DNA from: a bacterium
Lineage (GTDB): Bacteria > Patescibacteriota > Minisyncoccia > UBA6257 > JAGOQP01
DNA length: 64,000 bases
Assembly: GCA_021812345.1 (NCBI GenBank)
Contig: JAKANP010000003.1
Span: 82 to 64,081, forward strand
Reading direction: 5' to 3'
Below the pieces are notes generated by a model. That model had not been told where the DNA came from, ran no database searches, and was given only the letters and a program-made list of their open reading frames with translations. This document shows positions 1 through 10,358 of this stretch, piece after piece (the stretch's first letter is position 1; every line of letters starts with the position of its first letter). A program made the translations under genes and the position numbers.

Positions 1-1
1 G

Positions 2-1027
2 GATATCGGGACAACATCCATAAAAATTGCGGAACTGTCAAAAGGGAAACCCAATCCTAATTTGGTAAATTATGCGGTTTTGGAAAGCTACAGTCATTTT
101 GAAAGAGCCAATAATGTTATTCAGGCGAACTCTTTGAAAATTTCAGAGCCTGAGGCAACCGCTTTGTTAAGAACTCTTTTAAAACAAGCAAAATTTTCCA
201 GCAAGTCGGTAGTTGCTTCAATACCGTCTTATGCCTCTTTTATAACTTTTATGGAAATGCCCGCAATGAGCCAGGCCGATACCGAAAAGGCGATGGGATT
301 TCAAATCAAGCAAAATATTCCGCTACCTCTTTCGGAAATTGCCGTTGATTGGATAAGAGTCGGGGAACGCACCGATGAAAACGGATTTTCAAAACAACAA
401 ATAATGCTCATTGCCATTCCTAATGAAACAATAAATAAATACAAAACAATTTTTAAAAATGTCGGATTGTCTTTGAGAGCATTGGAAGTTGAAAACCTGG
501 CTTTCTCCAGGGCGGTAATCGGCGCCGACAAAACCGCAACGTTAATTGTTGATATCGGCGCTCATTCAACAAACATCAGTGTCGTGGACCAGTCGTTTTT
601 GAAACACAATACCCAGATTGATTACGCCGGAGACACTTTAACGGAGGCGGTAGTTAAGGGATTGGGGATAAGTTATAAAAGAGCCGAGGAATTGAAAAAA
701 CAAAGGGGCATTACCGGCGGGGTTGGCGAGTATGAGTTATCCACATTGGAAACTCCGTTCATTGATGTTATAATAAGTGAGGTTATAAAAGTTAAAGATA
801 ATTTTGAAAATAATTTCGGAGTAAAAATTCAGCGATGTCTTTTGATAGGTGGGACGGCTAATCTTTTGGGAATAGATAAATATTTTGAAAACCAACTGGG
901 ATTGCCGACAGCGTTAGGAAACGGATTACTTTTCGTTTCAACCCCGTCCGAACTTAATGTCGTCGAAAGAGAACTTCAAACGAGATTCGCTATTGCCATC
1001 GGACTGGCAATTAAAAATTTTATTTAG
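2..1027 (+). CDS. pilM: Type IV pilus assembly protein PilM (5' partial, starts before window)
   Basis: Frame 2 reads DIGTTSIKIAELSKG from nt 2 (PilM/actin-like N-terminus) before the first ATG at 62; PilM-like length and position ahead of pilN/pilO. Confidence 0.8.
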   Translation, partial: DIGTTSIKIAELSKGKPNPNLVNYAVLESYSHFERANNVIQANSLKISEPEATALLRTLLKQAKFSSKSVVASIPSYASFITFMEMPAMSQADTEKAMGFQIKQNIPLPLSEIAVDWIRVGERTDENGFSKQQIMLIAIPNETINKYKTIFKNVGLSLRALEVENLAFSRAVIGADKTATLIVDIGAHSTNISVVDQSFLKHNTQIDYAGDTLTEAVVKGLGISYKRAEELKKQRGITGGVGEYELSTLETPFIDVIISEVIKVKDNFENNFGVKIQRCLLIGGTANLLGIDKYFENQLGLPTALGNGLLFVSTPSELNVVERELQTRFAIAIGLAIKNFI

Positions 1028-1040
1028 TAAAATATAAACA

Positions 1041-1610
1041 ATGCCGGATATTAATTCAACTATTGGTAGAGCGAGATCAGCCGGAATACCGTCAACAGGT
1101 TTTCCTTGGCGACTTCTGATTATTTCCATTGTCGTTTTCGGATTGACCGTTTTGATTTGGGCCGGAATTTCTTTCGGATATATTCCTTATTTGAATTCTC
1201 AAATAAGTTCGGTTGACTCGGCATTTAAAAGTTTATCGTCACAAATAAATACAAGCCAGCAACAAGACCTTGCTCAGTTTTACTCTCAACTTTATAACAT
1301 TCAAACATTATCAAAAAATCACAGTTATTCTTCAAAATTATTCGATGTTTTGGAAAAAGATGTTTATCCGATGGTTAAAGTTAATAATGCGCAATTGGAC
1401 ATAAGTTCGGGCAATCTTTCCATCGATGGGACCGCATTTGACTACGCCACTTTAATAAATCAATTGGCGATATTAAAAGCCGATCCGAATATCGCCTCGG
1501 TCTCTTTGGATTCTTCAAAACAAAATTCATCCAAAGACGGCAATGGAGTTTTATTCTCAATAAAATTAATTTTCAGCAACGGATTTTTTAATCAACCGTC
1601 ACAACAATAA
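1041..1610 (+). CDS. pilN: Type IV pilus inner-membrane component PilN-like
   Basis: 189 aa, one N-terminal TM helix (LLIISIVVFGLTVLIWAGI), immediately after pilM. Confidence 0.6.
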   Translation: MPDINSTIGRARSAGIPSTGFPWRLLIISIVVFGLTVLIWAGISFGYIPYLNSQISSVDSAFKSLSSQINTSQQQDLAQFYSQLYNIQTLSKNHSYSSKLFDVLEKDVYPMVKVNNAQLDISSGNLSIDGTAFDYATLINQLAILKADPNIASVSLDSSKQNSSKDGNGVLFSIKLIFSNGFFNQPSQQ

Positions 1611-1620
1611 TTTAAATTTT

Positions 1621-2193
1621 ATGAAACCGACTTCAAAAAGAATTTTATTTATATTGTTAACGATGTTCTTCCTGATTGCCTCAGTGGTGGTTTACTCATC
1701 TTTTATTCAAAGCGCTTACAGCCAAGTAGTTTCGCTAAGAGGGCAACTGGCTTCAGAACAAAGCAATTATCAGCAATTAAGCCAAACGATTGCTCAGATA
1801 AAAACATTGATTGATAAGTTTCAAAGCCAATCATCAGATCGCAGTAAAATTTCTTTAATCCTGCCGACATCAAAAGATCCAAGCTATTTACTGAGTCAAA
1901 TCGTAGGATTGGCTCAAGCTGATGGTGTTGTAATATCTTCAGTTGGAACTCAAATTCTTCCGATTCAGCCGTCCGGGTCAAATATTGTTAAAGGAATCGG
2001 ACAAATAAAAGCCGATGTCGCTTTATCAGGAAGTTATGCTTCTTTTAAAACCTTCTTAAAGCAAATGGAAACGAATATTTTGATTTTGGATGTTAATAAT
2101 TTGAAATTATCTTCCTCTCAACAATCGGGAGCAGGAAGCGTTCCCACTTTAAGTTACAACATTTCTTTAACCAGTTATTATCAATCTAATTAA
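1621..2193 (+). CDS. pilO: PilO-like pilus assembly protein
   Basis: 190 aa, N-terminal TM helix, coiled segment, position after pilN. Confidence 0.55.
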   Translation: MKPTSKRILFILLTMFFLIASVVVYSSFIQSAYSQVVSLRGQLASEQSNYQQLSQTIAQIKTLIDKFQSQSSDRSKISLILPTSKDPSYLLSQIVGLAQADGVVISSVGTQILPIQPSGSNIVKGIGQIKADVALSGSYASFKTFLKQMETNILILDVNNLKLSSSQQSGAGSVPTLSYNISLTSYYQSN

Positions 2194-2215
2194 GTTAAAT
2201 AAATTAAAATAAATT

Positions 2216-2512
2216 ATGGCAATTTTTATAGAAGAAGAAAAAGGTAATGGAGGGGGATGGTTTGGATTCGGGATTGTCGCGATTGTTTTGATTATTTTGG
2301 CTTTTGCTATTTATTATTTGTTTTTTATTTCTCCTCAATTAATAAACACGGTTGTCCCACCAAGTCTTCAAGTCGTAAGCGACATAAAACAACTTTCCAA
2401 TTTCGATCCGAATACGGTTTTAAACGGAACTTTTTACAACAGTCTAAAATCAACAGTAAGTCCTCCTAATCCGCCACCGGCGGGGAACGCCACTCCTTTT
2501 GGAGTTTACTGA
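2216..2512 (+). CDS. Small membrane protein in pilus cluster (PilP-like position)
   Basis: 98 aa, single TM helix, Pro-rich C-terminus, sits between pilO and pilB. Confidence 0.4.
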   Translation: MAIFIEEEKGNGGGWFGFGIVAIVLIILAFAIYYLFFISPQLINTVVPPSLQVVSDIKQLSNFDPNTVLNGTFYNSLKSTVSPPNPPPAGNATPFGVY

Positions 2513-2573
2513 TTTAATTAATTTATAAACAAGTCGCATTTTGATGAAAATTAAAGTTTAAAAATATCGGCAA

Positions 2574-4313
2574 ATGGAAAATAAAGTTTTAATAGATAAA
2601 TTAATCGCAGCCGGATTTTTAACTCAAGACAACGGACAGAAGCTTCTTCAGGAAGCTTCTTTTGCCAAACGTCCGGTTGAAGATCTGATTTATGAAAGAC
2701 GAATTGTTCCGGAACAATCTTTGACTGAGACCAAGAGTCAGATTTTAAATATTCCTTACAAAAATGCGGATGTTTCTTCCATTGGCGACAATTTGATGAA
2801 AATTGTTCCCGAGACGACAGTCAGAAATTTCAGAGTAGTTCCGATGGAATTAAAAGACGATTTGCTGATTGTCGGAATGGTTAATCCGGACGATCCAAGA
2901 GCGCAAGAGGCGCTTAAATTTCTCGCCCGTCAAATTAAAGCCAATTTGGGAATTTATTTGATACCAATGTCGTTATGGGAAGCGGTTTTGAGAAAATATT
3001 CTCCTTATCGCAGTGAAGTTGAAGAGGCGGTCAAATCCATATCTTCTACCAGTATTAAAAAAATGTCTTCAGGACAACAGATTGTTCAGTTGGAAGCGGG
3101 GCAATCGGCGGGAGAAGATGCGCCGATTATTCGCATTGTCGCTTCAACGTTAAAAGAAGCGGTTTATCAACGATCTTCGGATATTCACATTGAACCGCAA
3201 AGAAATCGATTGAGAATCAGATTTCGTTTGGATGGAGAACTTCAGGAAGTAGCATCAATGCCAATAGAACTTTATCAGCCGATAGTTTCCCGTATAAAAG
3301 TTTTGTCAAATTTAAAAATTGACGAGACTAGAATTCCTCAGGATGGAAGATTCAGAACGATGCTTTTGGGGCGCGATATAGATTTTCGTGTGGCGACATT
3401 TCCGACGCCTGTCGGTGAAAAAGTGGCTATTCGTGTTTTGGATCCGACCGTCGGATTGAAAGGATTGGAAGAGCTGGGACTTTTGGGAAGAAATCTAACT
3501 ATCATAAAAGATGGCATTCAAAAACCTTTTGGAATGATTTTAATTACCGGACCGACCGGATCCGGAAAATCAACAACTTTGTATGCTTTGATGCAGGTTT
3601 TAAATAAAGAAGATGTTAACATTGTAAGCTTGGAAGATCCGGTTGAATATTATATGGACGGACTCAATCAATCCCAGGTTCATCCGGAAATCGGATATGA
3701 TTTCGCTTCCGGATTAAGGCAAATTTTGCGTCAGGACCCGGACATTATTATGGTTGGTGAAATCAGAGACAACGAAACGGCAGCGCTGGCGGTTCACGCC
3801 GCTTTAACCGGTCACATAGTTTTGTCCACCTTGCACACCAATAATGCGGCCGGAGTGGTTCCCAGATTAATAGACATGAAGGTTGATGAATTTTTACTGC
3901 CGGCTTCTTTAAATTTGATGGTTGGACAAAGATTAGTTCCGCGTCTTTGTCAGCAGTGCAAGAAAGAAAAAGAATTGACTCCCGAATTGAGAAAAATAGT
4001 TGAAGGTGTTGTTGCTGAAATGAATCCCTCCGATTTGAAAGATTTTGGAGTTTCTTCTCCTTATAAAATTTACGAGTCACCGGGATGTTCGGCATGTAAC
4101 GGAAAAGGAGTTTCGGGCAGAGTGGCGATGTTTGAAATATTAAGAATGACTTCGGAATTGGCGGAAGTTATAGATCAAAAAGGAACCGAAGGCGATATCG
4201 TTAAAGAAGCGGTAAGACAAAAGATGATAACTTTAAGACAGGACGGAGTGGTCAAAGCGCTTAAAGGGCTGGTATCGCTTGAGGTTGTATTAAGAGAAAC
4301 CGAAGAATTATGA
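2574..4313 (+). CDS. pilB: Type IV pilus assembly ATPase PilB (GspE family)
   Basis: Walker A GPTGSGKSTT, Asp/His boxes, C-terminal tetracysteine CQQC...CSAC, 579 aa. Confidence 0.9.
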   Translation: MENKVLIDKLIAAGFLTQDNGQKLLQEASFAKRPVEDLIYERRIVPEQSLTETKSQILNIPYKNADVSSIGDNLMKIVPETTVRNFRVVPMELKDDLLIVGMVNPDDPRAQEALKFLARQIKANLGIYLIPMSLWEAVLRKYSPYRSEVEEAVKSISSTSIKKMSSGQQIVQLEAGQSAGEDAPIIRIVASTLKEAVYQRSSDIHIEPQRNRLRIRFRLDGELQEVASMPIELYQPIVSRIKVLSNLKIDETRIPQDGRFRTMLLGRDIDFRVATFPTPVGEKVAIRVLDPTVGLKGLEELGLLGRNLTIIKDGIQKPFGMILITGPTGSGKSTTLYALMQVLNKEDVNIVSLEDPVEYYMDGLNQSQVHPEIGYDFASGLRQILRQDPDIIMVGEIRDNETAALAVHAALTGHIVLSTLHTNNAAGVVPRLIDMKVDEFLLPASLNLMVGQRLVPRLCQQCKKEKELTPELRKIVEGVVAEMNPSDLKDFGVSSPYKIYESPGCSACNGKGVSGRVAMFEILRMTSELAEVIDQKGTEGDIVKEAVRQKMITLRQDGVVKALKGLVSLEVVLRETEEL

Positions 4314-4382
4314 GCCACATTTTTATAAAATAAATATTTTTTAAAATTTTGAAATAAAAATATAATAAGATATAATATCAAT

Positions 4383-5453
4383 ATGACTGACTACAAACAA
4401 AAATTAAATGATTTGCTTTTAATGTGCGCCAAGCAAGACGCTTCCGATTTGCACATTGCCGTCGGAAGACATCCGACTTTGAGAATTGACGGCGCTTTAG
4501 TTCCTTTGACCAAGGAATCAATTTTAACTCCTCAAGATACCGAAGGATTGGTTACTGCAATTTTAACCGAAACTCAAAAGGGAGAAATGTCTTTAAAAAA
4601 ACAAGTTGACTTCTCATATACTTTTGAAGATAAGGCGCGTTTCAGGGTTAATACTTATTATCAAAGAGGATTTATGGCGATGGCCATGAGATTGATTCCG
4701 GCAAAAGTAAAAACCGTTGAAGAATTAAGATTGCCCCCGATAGTTCATGATTTTTCATCTATATCTCAAGGATTTGTTTTGGTTGTCGGTCCCGCCGGTC
4801 ATGGAAAGTCCACCACTTTGGCGGCAATCATTGATGAAATAAATCACAATAGAACGGAACACATCATAACCATTGAAGACCCGATAGAGTATCTTTTTTT
4901 ACAAGACAAAAGCATTGTCTCTCAGAGAGAGGTTAAAATAGATACCGTTGATTTTTCCGATGCCTTAAGATCGCTCTTAAGACAAGACCCGGATGTGGTG
5001 ATGATAGGAGAAATGCGCGATACCGAATCAATTTCCACGGCGCTAACCGCCGCCGAAACGGGACACTTGGTTCTTGCCACTTTGCACACAAATTCCGCAT
5101 CGCAAACTATTGATCGTATTATCGACAGTTTTCCGGCAGAACAGCAAAGCCAAGTAGCTTCACAGCTTTCTGCGGTATTAGTTGGAATAGTTTCAGAACG
5201 TCTTATTCCAAGAATTGATGGCGGAAGAGTTCCGGCTTGCGAAATCATGATCGCCAATCCGGCCATAAGAAATTTGATTCGTGAAAGAAAAACTTATCAG
5301 ATAGATTTGGTTATTGAGACTAATTCTCAAGAAGGAATGATAACCTTAAATCGTTCGCTTACCGATTTGGTCAAAAGAAGGGAAATCAGCTTGGAAAATG
5401 CGGAAACTTATTCGTTGAATCCTTCGGAATTAAGAATTTTGTTGGAGAAATAA
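4383..5453 (+). CDS. pilT: Twitching motility / pilus retraction ATPase PilT
   Basis: Walker A GPAGHGKSTT, 356 aa, PilT-like motifs (LRQDPDVVMIGEMRD, TGHLVLATLHTNSA). Confidence 0.9.
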   Translation: MTDYKQKLNDLLLMCAKQDASDLHIAVGRHPTLRIDGALVPLTKESILTPQDTEGLVTAILTETQKGEMSLKKQVDFSYTFEDKARFRVNTYYQRGFMAMAMRLIPAKVKTVEELRLPPIVHDFSSISQGFVLVVGPAGHGKSTTLAAIIDEINHNRTEHIITIEDPIEYLFLQDKSIVSQREVKIDTVDFSDALRSLLRQDPDVVMIGEMRDTESISTALTAAETGHLVLATLHTNSASQTIDRIIDSFPAEQQSQVASQLSAVLVGIVSERLIPRIDGGRVPACEIMIANPAIRNLIRERKTYQIDLVIETNSQEGMITLNRSLTDLVKRREISLENAETYSLNPSELRILLEK

Positions 5454-5498
5454 TTTTTAATTTTAATTTCTTAAGAAACATTAAACGGCGAAAGAATT

Positions 5499-6713
5499 AT
5501 GAAATTCAAATATCAAGCAAGAAATAAAACAGGAGAGCTTCAGGTGGGATTTGTTGAAGGCCCGAGCAAGGATGCCGCCATAAGCACGCTCACTACTCAC
5601 GAGCTTTTTGTCTTGAGTTTGGAGTCCGCCGAAAGAAAAAGCCCCTTTGATAGCATTTTGGGTTTTTTTAACAGAGTCAAAACAAAGGATTTGATGGTTT
5701 TTACCAGGCAACTGGCGACAATGCTTGAATCCGAAATGCCGTTAAACAGCGCCTTGCAATCTCTTTATCAGCAAACTCCTAAAGTCGCTTTAAAGGAAGC
5801 CGTCTTTGAAATTTTACAGGATGTTGAAGCGGGACTTTCTTTATCGCAAGCGCTTGAAAGACAACAACCAATTTTTTCCGACTTTTATGTGAGTATGGTT
5901 CGCTCGGCTGAAGTAACCGGACGTCTTGAAGAGTCGATGATGTTTTTGGCAAGCTACATAGAAAAAGAAGCCGGTTGGAAAGGAAAAATTTCAACTGCCA
6001 TGATTTATCCCGGAGTTTTAATCACGATGTTTGTTATTGTTGCCGGAGTTATGGTGGCTTTCGTTTTTCCTAAAATTGGTCCGGTCTTTCAGGATTCGGG
6101 AGTACAACTTCCATGGATGACGCAGGCGCTTTTGACTGTCGGTTCATTTTTGACCAACTGGTGGTGGCTGGCGATATTACTTGTTGCCGGTATTGCATTC
6201 ATAATTGTCGATTATTTTAAAAGTCCCGAAGGAAAAGCGGTTGGAAATCAGTTGATTATAATTGTGCCGGTTTTTGGGGAGCTTTTCAGAAAAATTTATA
6301 TCGCCAGATTTTCTCAATCGCTCAGCGTTTTGATTAAAGGAGGAATTCCCATAACTCAGGCGATTGAAATCGCTTCTTCTACTATCGGTAATGTGGTATA
6401 CGAGGAAATTTTAAAAGATATTGCCGAAGGAGTGAGAGAGGGGGCCTTGCTTTCAAATTTGCTGTCTTCTTATCCAAAATATTTTCCTTTGATGGTTGGC
6501 CAAATGGCGGCAGTCGGAGAAAGCACCGGAAGAGTTGATGAGATGATGAGCAAAATATCCGATTTTTATGATAATGAAGTAAATGATATGATGGCAAACC
6601 TGTCCGAGCTTATTCAGCCGATATTGATTTTGATTATCGGAGTTTTAATCGGACTTCTTTTTGCCGCAATATTGCTTCCAATCTACAATTTGGCGCAATC
6701 GTTTAAGATTTAA
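5499..6713 (+). CDS. pilC: Type IV pilus platform protein PilC (GspF family)
   Basis: 404 aa, two T2SF-like halves, polytopic membrane protein. Confidence 0.85.
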   Translation: MKFKYQARNKTGELQVGFVEGPSKDAAISTLTTHELFVLSLESAERKSPFDSILGFFNRVKTKDLMVFTRQLATMLESEMPLNSALQSLYQQTPKVALKEAVFEILQDVEAGLSLSQALERQQPIFSDFYVSMVRSAEVTGRLEESMMFLASYIEKEAGWKGKISTAMIYPGVLITMFVIVAGVMVAFVFPKIGPVFQDSGVQLPWMTQALLTVGSFLTNWWWLAILLVAGIAFIIVDYFKSPEGKAVGNQLIIIVPVFGELFRKIYIARFSQSLSVLIKGGIPITQAIEIASSTIGNVVYEEILKDIAEGVREGALLSNLLSSYPKYFPLMVGQMAAVGESTGRVDEMMSKISDFYDNEVNDMMANLSELIQPILILIIGVLIGLLFAAILLPIYNLAQSFKI

Positions 6714-6817
6714 AAAATGAAAAAATTTGATATAATGAATATATATTGTTTGAGGTCGATTAGTGTATTGAAATTTAAATAAATGTTTTTTAAAAAAATA
6801 ATTAAAATAATTAAAAT

Positions 6818-7324
6818 ATGAATAAAAATATTATTAAAAAAAGTTCGGGTTTTACTTTAATCGAAATGCTTATTGTGGTTGCCATTATTGCCGTTTTGGC
6901 CTCAATCTTTTTAGTGGGATTAAGCGGTTTTAGAGGAGCGGCAAACGATTCAAGAAGATTGTCGGATTTGCAAAAAGTCCAAAGCTATTTGGAATTATAC
7001 TATAATAAAAATGGCAGTTATCCTGCGGCGGCGGATTGGTCTGCTTTAGCAACTGCTTTGAGTGGAGCCAGTATTGGAGTTAATGTCATTCCAAATGATC
7101 CTGTTGCCGGCCAAGTTTATTATTATGAATATAGTCCGTTAACTTCTCCTCAAAAATACGTTATGGCAGCTATTCTTTCCGACCCTAATTCTAAATCTGT
7201 TTTGGATGAAGCCAGCTCTTCTTTGGGTGGATTTAAAAGTGGTGCTACTGGTTGGTCAGGAAGCTTTACTACCATTGGCAGTTGTGGAAGTAATGGAGTC
7301 TATTGCGTTTCATCCGGATTTTAA
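6818..7324 (+). CDS. pilA: Type IV major pilin (PilA-like)
   Basis: Class III signal peptide then G|FTLIEMLIVVAIIAVLA N-methylation motif; 168 aa. Confidence 0.85.
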   Translation: MNKNIIKKSSGFTLIEMLIVVAIIAVLASIFLVGLSGFRGAANDSRRLSDLQKVQSYLELYYNKNGSYPAAADWSALATALSGASIGVNVIPNDPVAGQVYYYEYSPLTSPQKYVMAAILSDPNSKSVLDEASSSLGGFKSGATGWSGSFTTIGSCGSNGVYCVSSGF

Positions 7325-7333
7325 TTTAAAAAT

Positions 7334-8221
7334 ATGAGCGCATATTTAGAAATCGGATTATTTTTAATAGGCCTTGCTTTTGGAAGCTTTCTTAACGTTA
7401 TTACTCTGCGTTATTCTCCGCAGGAAGGTTTTTATCACAAAAAACATTATTTGGGCCGTTCGCATTGTCCTCACTGTCAGAGAAATCTTATGTGGTATGA
7501 ATTGGTTCCTTTATTCAGTTATGTTTTTTTGAAAGGGAAATGCCGTTCCTGTCAAACCAAACTTACCATTCAGTATCCTTTGGTAGAACTTGCTTCGGGA
7601 TTAATTTTTGTTTTTGTTCCGATTGTTTTGCGCGGTCTGTTTTTATCTTTATCGCCAAATATTTTGGTTTTAATCGCGACTTCGTCGGTCATCTGGATAA
7701 CGGCTTTTATGTTTATGCTGGCGATGCTGGTTATAGATTGGAGGCATTATATAATTCCCAATTCCGTAAGTTTAACTTTATTTATAGTGGCTTTGATTTG
7801 GATTATCGTCGGCCAGTATAACGGAGCTTTTAGCAGTATTTACGGAGCTTCTTTTTTGAAACAGTTTGCGGCAATTTTCCCTCAATTTTCTTCTCAAATT
7901 TTAAATCATTTAGCCGGAGCTTTCTTGGGACTTTTGTTTTTTTTGGGAATATTTGTATTTTCCAAAGGCAGGGCAATGGGCATGGGGGATGTTAAACTGA
8001 TGGGAGTTTTGGGACTTTTGTTCGGATGGCCCGATACTTTAATAGTGATGCTTCTGTCTTTTATAATCGGAGCTTTAACGTCGGTTTTTCTGATGGCGCG
8101 GGGAAAAAAGAAAATCACCGACAAAATTCCATTCGGGCCGTTTATTGTTATTTCCGCGGCAATCGTTTTTTTCTTCGGGGCTGGATTAATGAGCGCCTAT
8201 TTTGGTATAATTGGAATGTGA
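7334..8221 (+). CDS. pilD: Prepilin peptidase PilD (A24 family)
   Basis: CPHC...C..C zinc motif at N-terminus, polytopic membrane protein, GDVKL motif. Confidence 0.85.
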   Translation: MSAYLEIGLFLIGLAFGSFLNVITLRYSPQEGFYHKKHYLGRSHCPHCQRNLMWYELVPLFSYVFLKGKCRSCQTKLTIQYPLVELASGLIFVFVPIVLRGLFLSLSPNILVLIATSSVIWITAFMFMLAMLVIDWRHYIIPNSVSLTLFIVALIWIIVGQYNGAFSSIYGASFLKQFAAIFPQFSSQILNHLAGAFLGLLFFLGIFVFSKGRAMGMGDVKLMGVLGLLFGWPDTLIVMLLSFIIGALTSVFLMARGKKKITDKIPFGPFIVISAAIVFFFGAGLMSAYFGIIGM

Positions 8222-8811
8222 AATTCCCAATAAAAAAAATAAAACCATTTTTCGACTCGAATGGTTTTACTCTGGTTGAATTACTGGTGACTATTTCATT
8301 AATGGCGGTTTTTGTCACCTTTGCTTTGGGATATAACAGAACTGCCGACCAACAGCTGGCTTTGTTCAGGGAAGAGGGAAAATTTGTCAATGAAATTTAT
8401 AAAGCGCGTTCTCTGGCTATTACCACGTTTAATAGAACCGGAACTTCAACCGATGTTCCTTGCGGTTATGGAATTCATATAGCATCTTCAACCGCGGTGA
8501 CTCTTTTTAAGGACCTTCCCGATGTTCCCGGAAACTGCAAAGATTATACTCAATTAAGTTTAGGAAGTATTTATTCATCACAAAACGGCAATGAAGACGT
8601 TGAAACAATTTCATTAAATGGAATTTACATTTCTTATTCCGGCAGCAGTGATTTTTCATTAAATCCGATAGATATTCTTTTTGTTCCTCCCGATCCATCG
8701 GTTTATTCAAATAAAAACTTTCCTATTAATCTTCAGCTTACTTCTCCGGCACTTTCAACTTCTCCAATCGCGGTTACCATAAATCAATTTGGTCAAATCT
8801 CAACTCAATAA
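8218..8811 (+). CDS. Minor pilin / pseudopilin (probable GTG start overlapping the pilD stop)
   Basis: In-frame GTG at 8218 gives VKFPIKKIKPFFDSNGFTLVELLVTISLMAV prepilin signal; the longer annotated ORF from 8026 overlaps pilD. Confidence 0.65.
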   Translation: MKFPIKKIKPFFDSNGFTLVELLVTISLMAVFVTFALGYNRTADQQLALFREEGKFVNEIYKARSLAITTFNRTGTSTDVPCGYGIHIASSTAVTLFKDLPDVPGNCKDYTQLSLGSIYSSQNGNEDVETISLNGIYISYSGSSDFSLNPIDILFVPPDPSVYSNKNFPINLQLTSPALSTSPIAVTINQFGQISTQ

Positions 8812-8816
8812 TTTTT

Positions 8817-9350
8817 ATGAATATATTTAAAGAAAATTCAGGACAGGTATTGGTGGAAACGATGGTTGCTTTAACTATGGTTACCATCGGCCTTTTGGGA
8901 ATTTTAAGCTTGCTCTCTTATTCTATAGGACTCAATAAAGTTGTTTCCGACCAGTATGTTGCTTCTTATATTGCCGCCGAAGGAATAGAAATTGTTAAAA
9001 ATATAATAGATAACAATGTGGTTTCTGGGAATCCTTATAATACGGGATTGGATTCTCCCGGAAACTATATTGCTGATTATAAAAGCACCAGTCTTACTCC
9101 TGTCGATTCTACAAACAATGTTCCGTTGAGATTTGATAACTGTTCTTCTTTGGGGGCGACAATGAAATACGCATATATTCAAGATTGTATTTGTGTCAAT
9201 ACTGCCGCGCAGACGTCTTTTAAAAGAACTATAAATATTTCCTATTATGATATTAATGAGATGATAGTGAAATCAACGGTTGATTGGACAAGCAGAGGCG
9301 GAATTACAGGTGAAATTGTTGTTGAAGATCATTTTTATAATTGGCGTTAA
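8817..9350 (+). CDS. Minor pilin / pseudopilin
   Basis: N-terminal GQVLVETMVALTMVTIGLLG prepilin-like hydrophobic segment with conserved Glu. Confidence 0.6.
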   Translation: MNIFKENSGQVLVETMVALTMVTIGLLGILSLLSYSIGLNKVVSDQYVASYIAAEGIEIVKNIIDNNVVSGNPYNTGLDSPGNYIADYKSTSLTPVDSTNNVPLRFDNCSSLGATMKYAYIQDCICVNTAAQTSFKRTINISYYDINEMIVKSTVDWTSRGGITGEIVVEDHFYNWR

Positions 9351-9360
9351 AAATATTAAA

Positions 9361-9912
9361 ATGAGATTTAATAATTTTAAATTTAATAAGCAAGAAGGGC
9401 AATCATTGGTTGAAATGCTGATTGCGATGAGCATTTTTGTGATATTCATCGTTATTGCTGTTGGGGGGTTTATTCAAACTATGACCAACCAAAGAATTGT
9501 TTTAAAACTTAGCGCCGCAACCGATAATATGAGTTTTTCTTTGGAGCAGATGATGAGAGAAATCAGAGTAGGTAATAATTTTAATGTTTATGACAATGGC
9601 CAATCCATAAGCTTTAATGGTTATGACGAAAATGGCAATCAGGAAAATATTATTTATTCTCTTAATTCTTCTACCGGAGCTATTGATAGAACTTTTTCTA
9701 TTCCCGCTTCTATTCCCGCAATAAACGTTTCTCCAAGCACGGCTCCGCTTACTGCCAACAATGTTACCGTGAGTTATTTTAATGTAAGCAAGTATCAGCC
9801 GCATAATCCTGGACCGGCGTTGATAACTATCGTGATAGGCGTCACCGCTTCCGATAGAGGAGTTTCTATCACTAATTATATTCAAACAAGCGTAAGTTCA
9901 AGGGCTTTTTAA
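9361..9912 (+). CDS. Minor pilin / pseudopilin (start at second ATG)
   Basis: MRFNNFKFNKQEGQSLVEMLIAMSIFVIFIVIAVGG prepilin-type N-terminus. Confidence 0.6.
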   Translation: MRFNNFKFNKQEGQSLVEMLIAMSIFVIFIVIAVGGFIQTMTNQRIVLKLSAATDNMSFSLEQMMREIRVGNNFNVYDNGQSISFNGYDENGNQENIIYSLNSSTGAIDRTFSIPASIPAINVSPSTAPLTANNVTVSYFNVSKYQPHNPGPALITIVIGVTASDRGVSITNYIQTSVSSRAF

Positions 9913-9920
9913 ATAATCAA

Positions 9921-10319
9921 ATGAAAACAAAAAATCCAAAAATAAATAACAATTTTCAATCGGGACAGGCGATGTTAATAGTGGTTTTGATTTTGGGGGC
10001 GACAATGCTCGGAGTAACGACGATTGTCGGATATGTCTCTCTCCAAAAAATAAAAAATGTTGCCAATATCACGGATTCAACCAAAGCAATTTATGCCGCC
10101 GATTCGGGAGTGGAGTGGTGTTTTTATAATAAAATCGGTTCTAATGGAACGTCAACCTTTGATTGTTCGGGGAGTTCTCCAACTACCGGGACAAGCAGTT
10201 TGTCGCTAAGCAACGGTTCTTCGGTTTCCGTTTCCGAATCCGGTCAGGAAGTTAAATCAATCGGAACCGATAACAGTTCTTATAGGGCTTTTGGCATATT
10301 TCTTGACCAATTTAAATAA
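9921..10319 (+). CDS. PilX-like minor pilin
   Basis: N-terminal SGQAMLIVVLILGATMLGVTT resembles the PilX N-terminal domain. Confidence 0.5.
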   Translation: MKTKNPKINNNFQSGQAMLIVVLILGATMLGVTTIVGYVSLQKIKNVANITDSTKAIYAADSGVEWCFYNKIGSNGTSTFDCSGSSPTTGTSSLSLSNGSSVSVSESGQEVKSIGTDNSSYRAFGIFLDQFK

Positions 10320-10358
10320 CGGATTCTTTTTAGGTAAAAACGCATTTGATTTTTTATT

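Noticed and set aside
8026-8217. 5' extension of the pseudopilin ORF starting at ATG 8026
   Set aside because: It overlaps pilD in another frame. The prepilin signal begins at the in-frame GTG at 8218, which overlaps the pilD stop (translational coupling).
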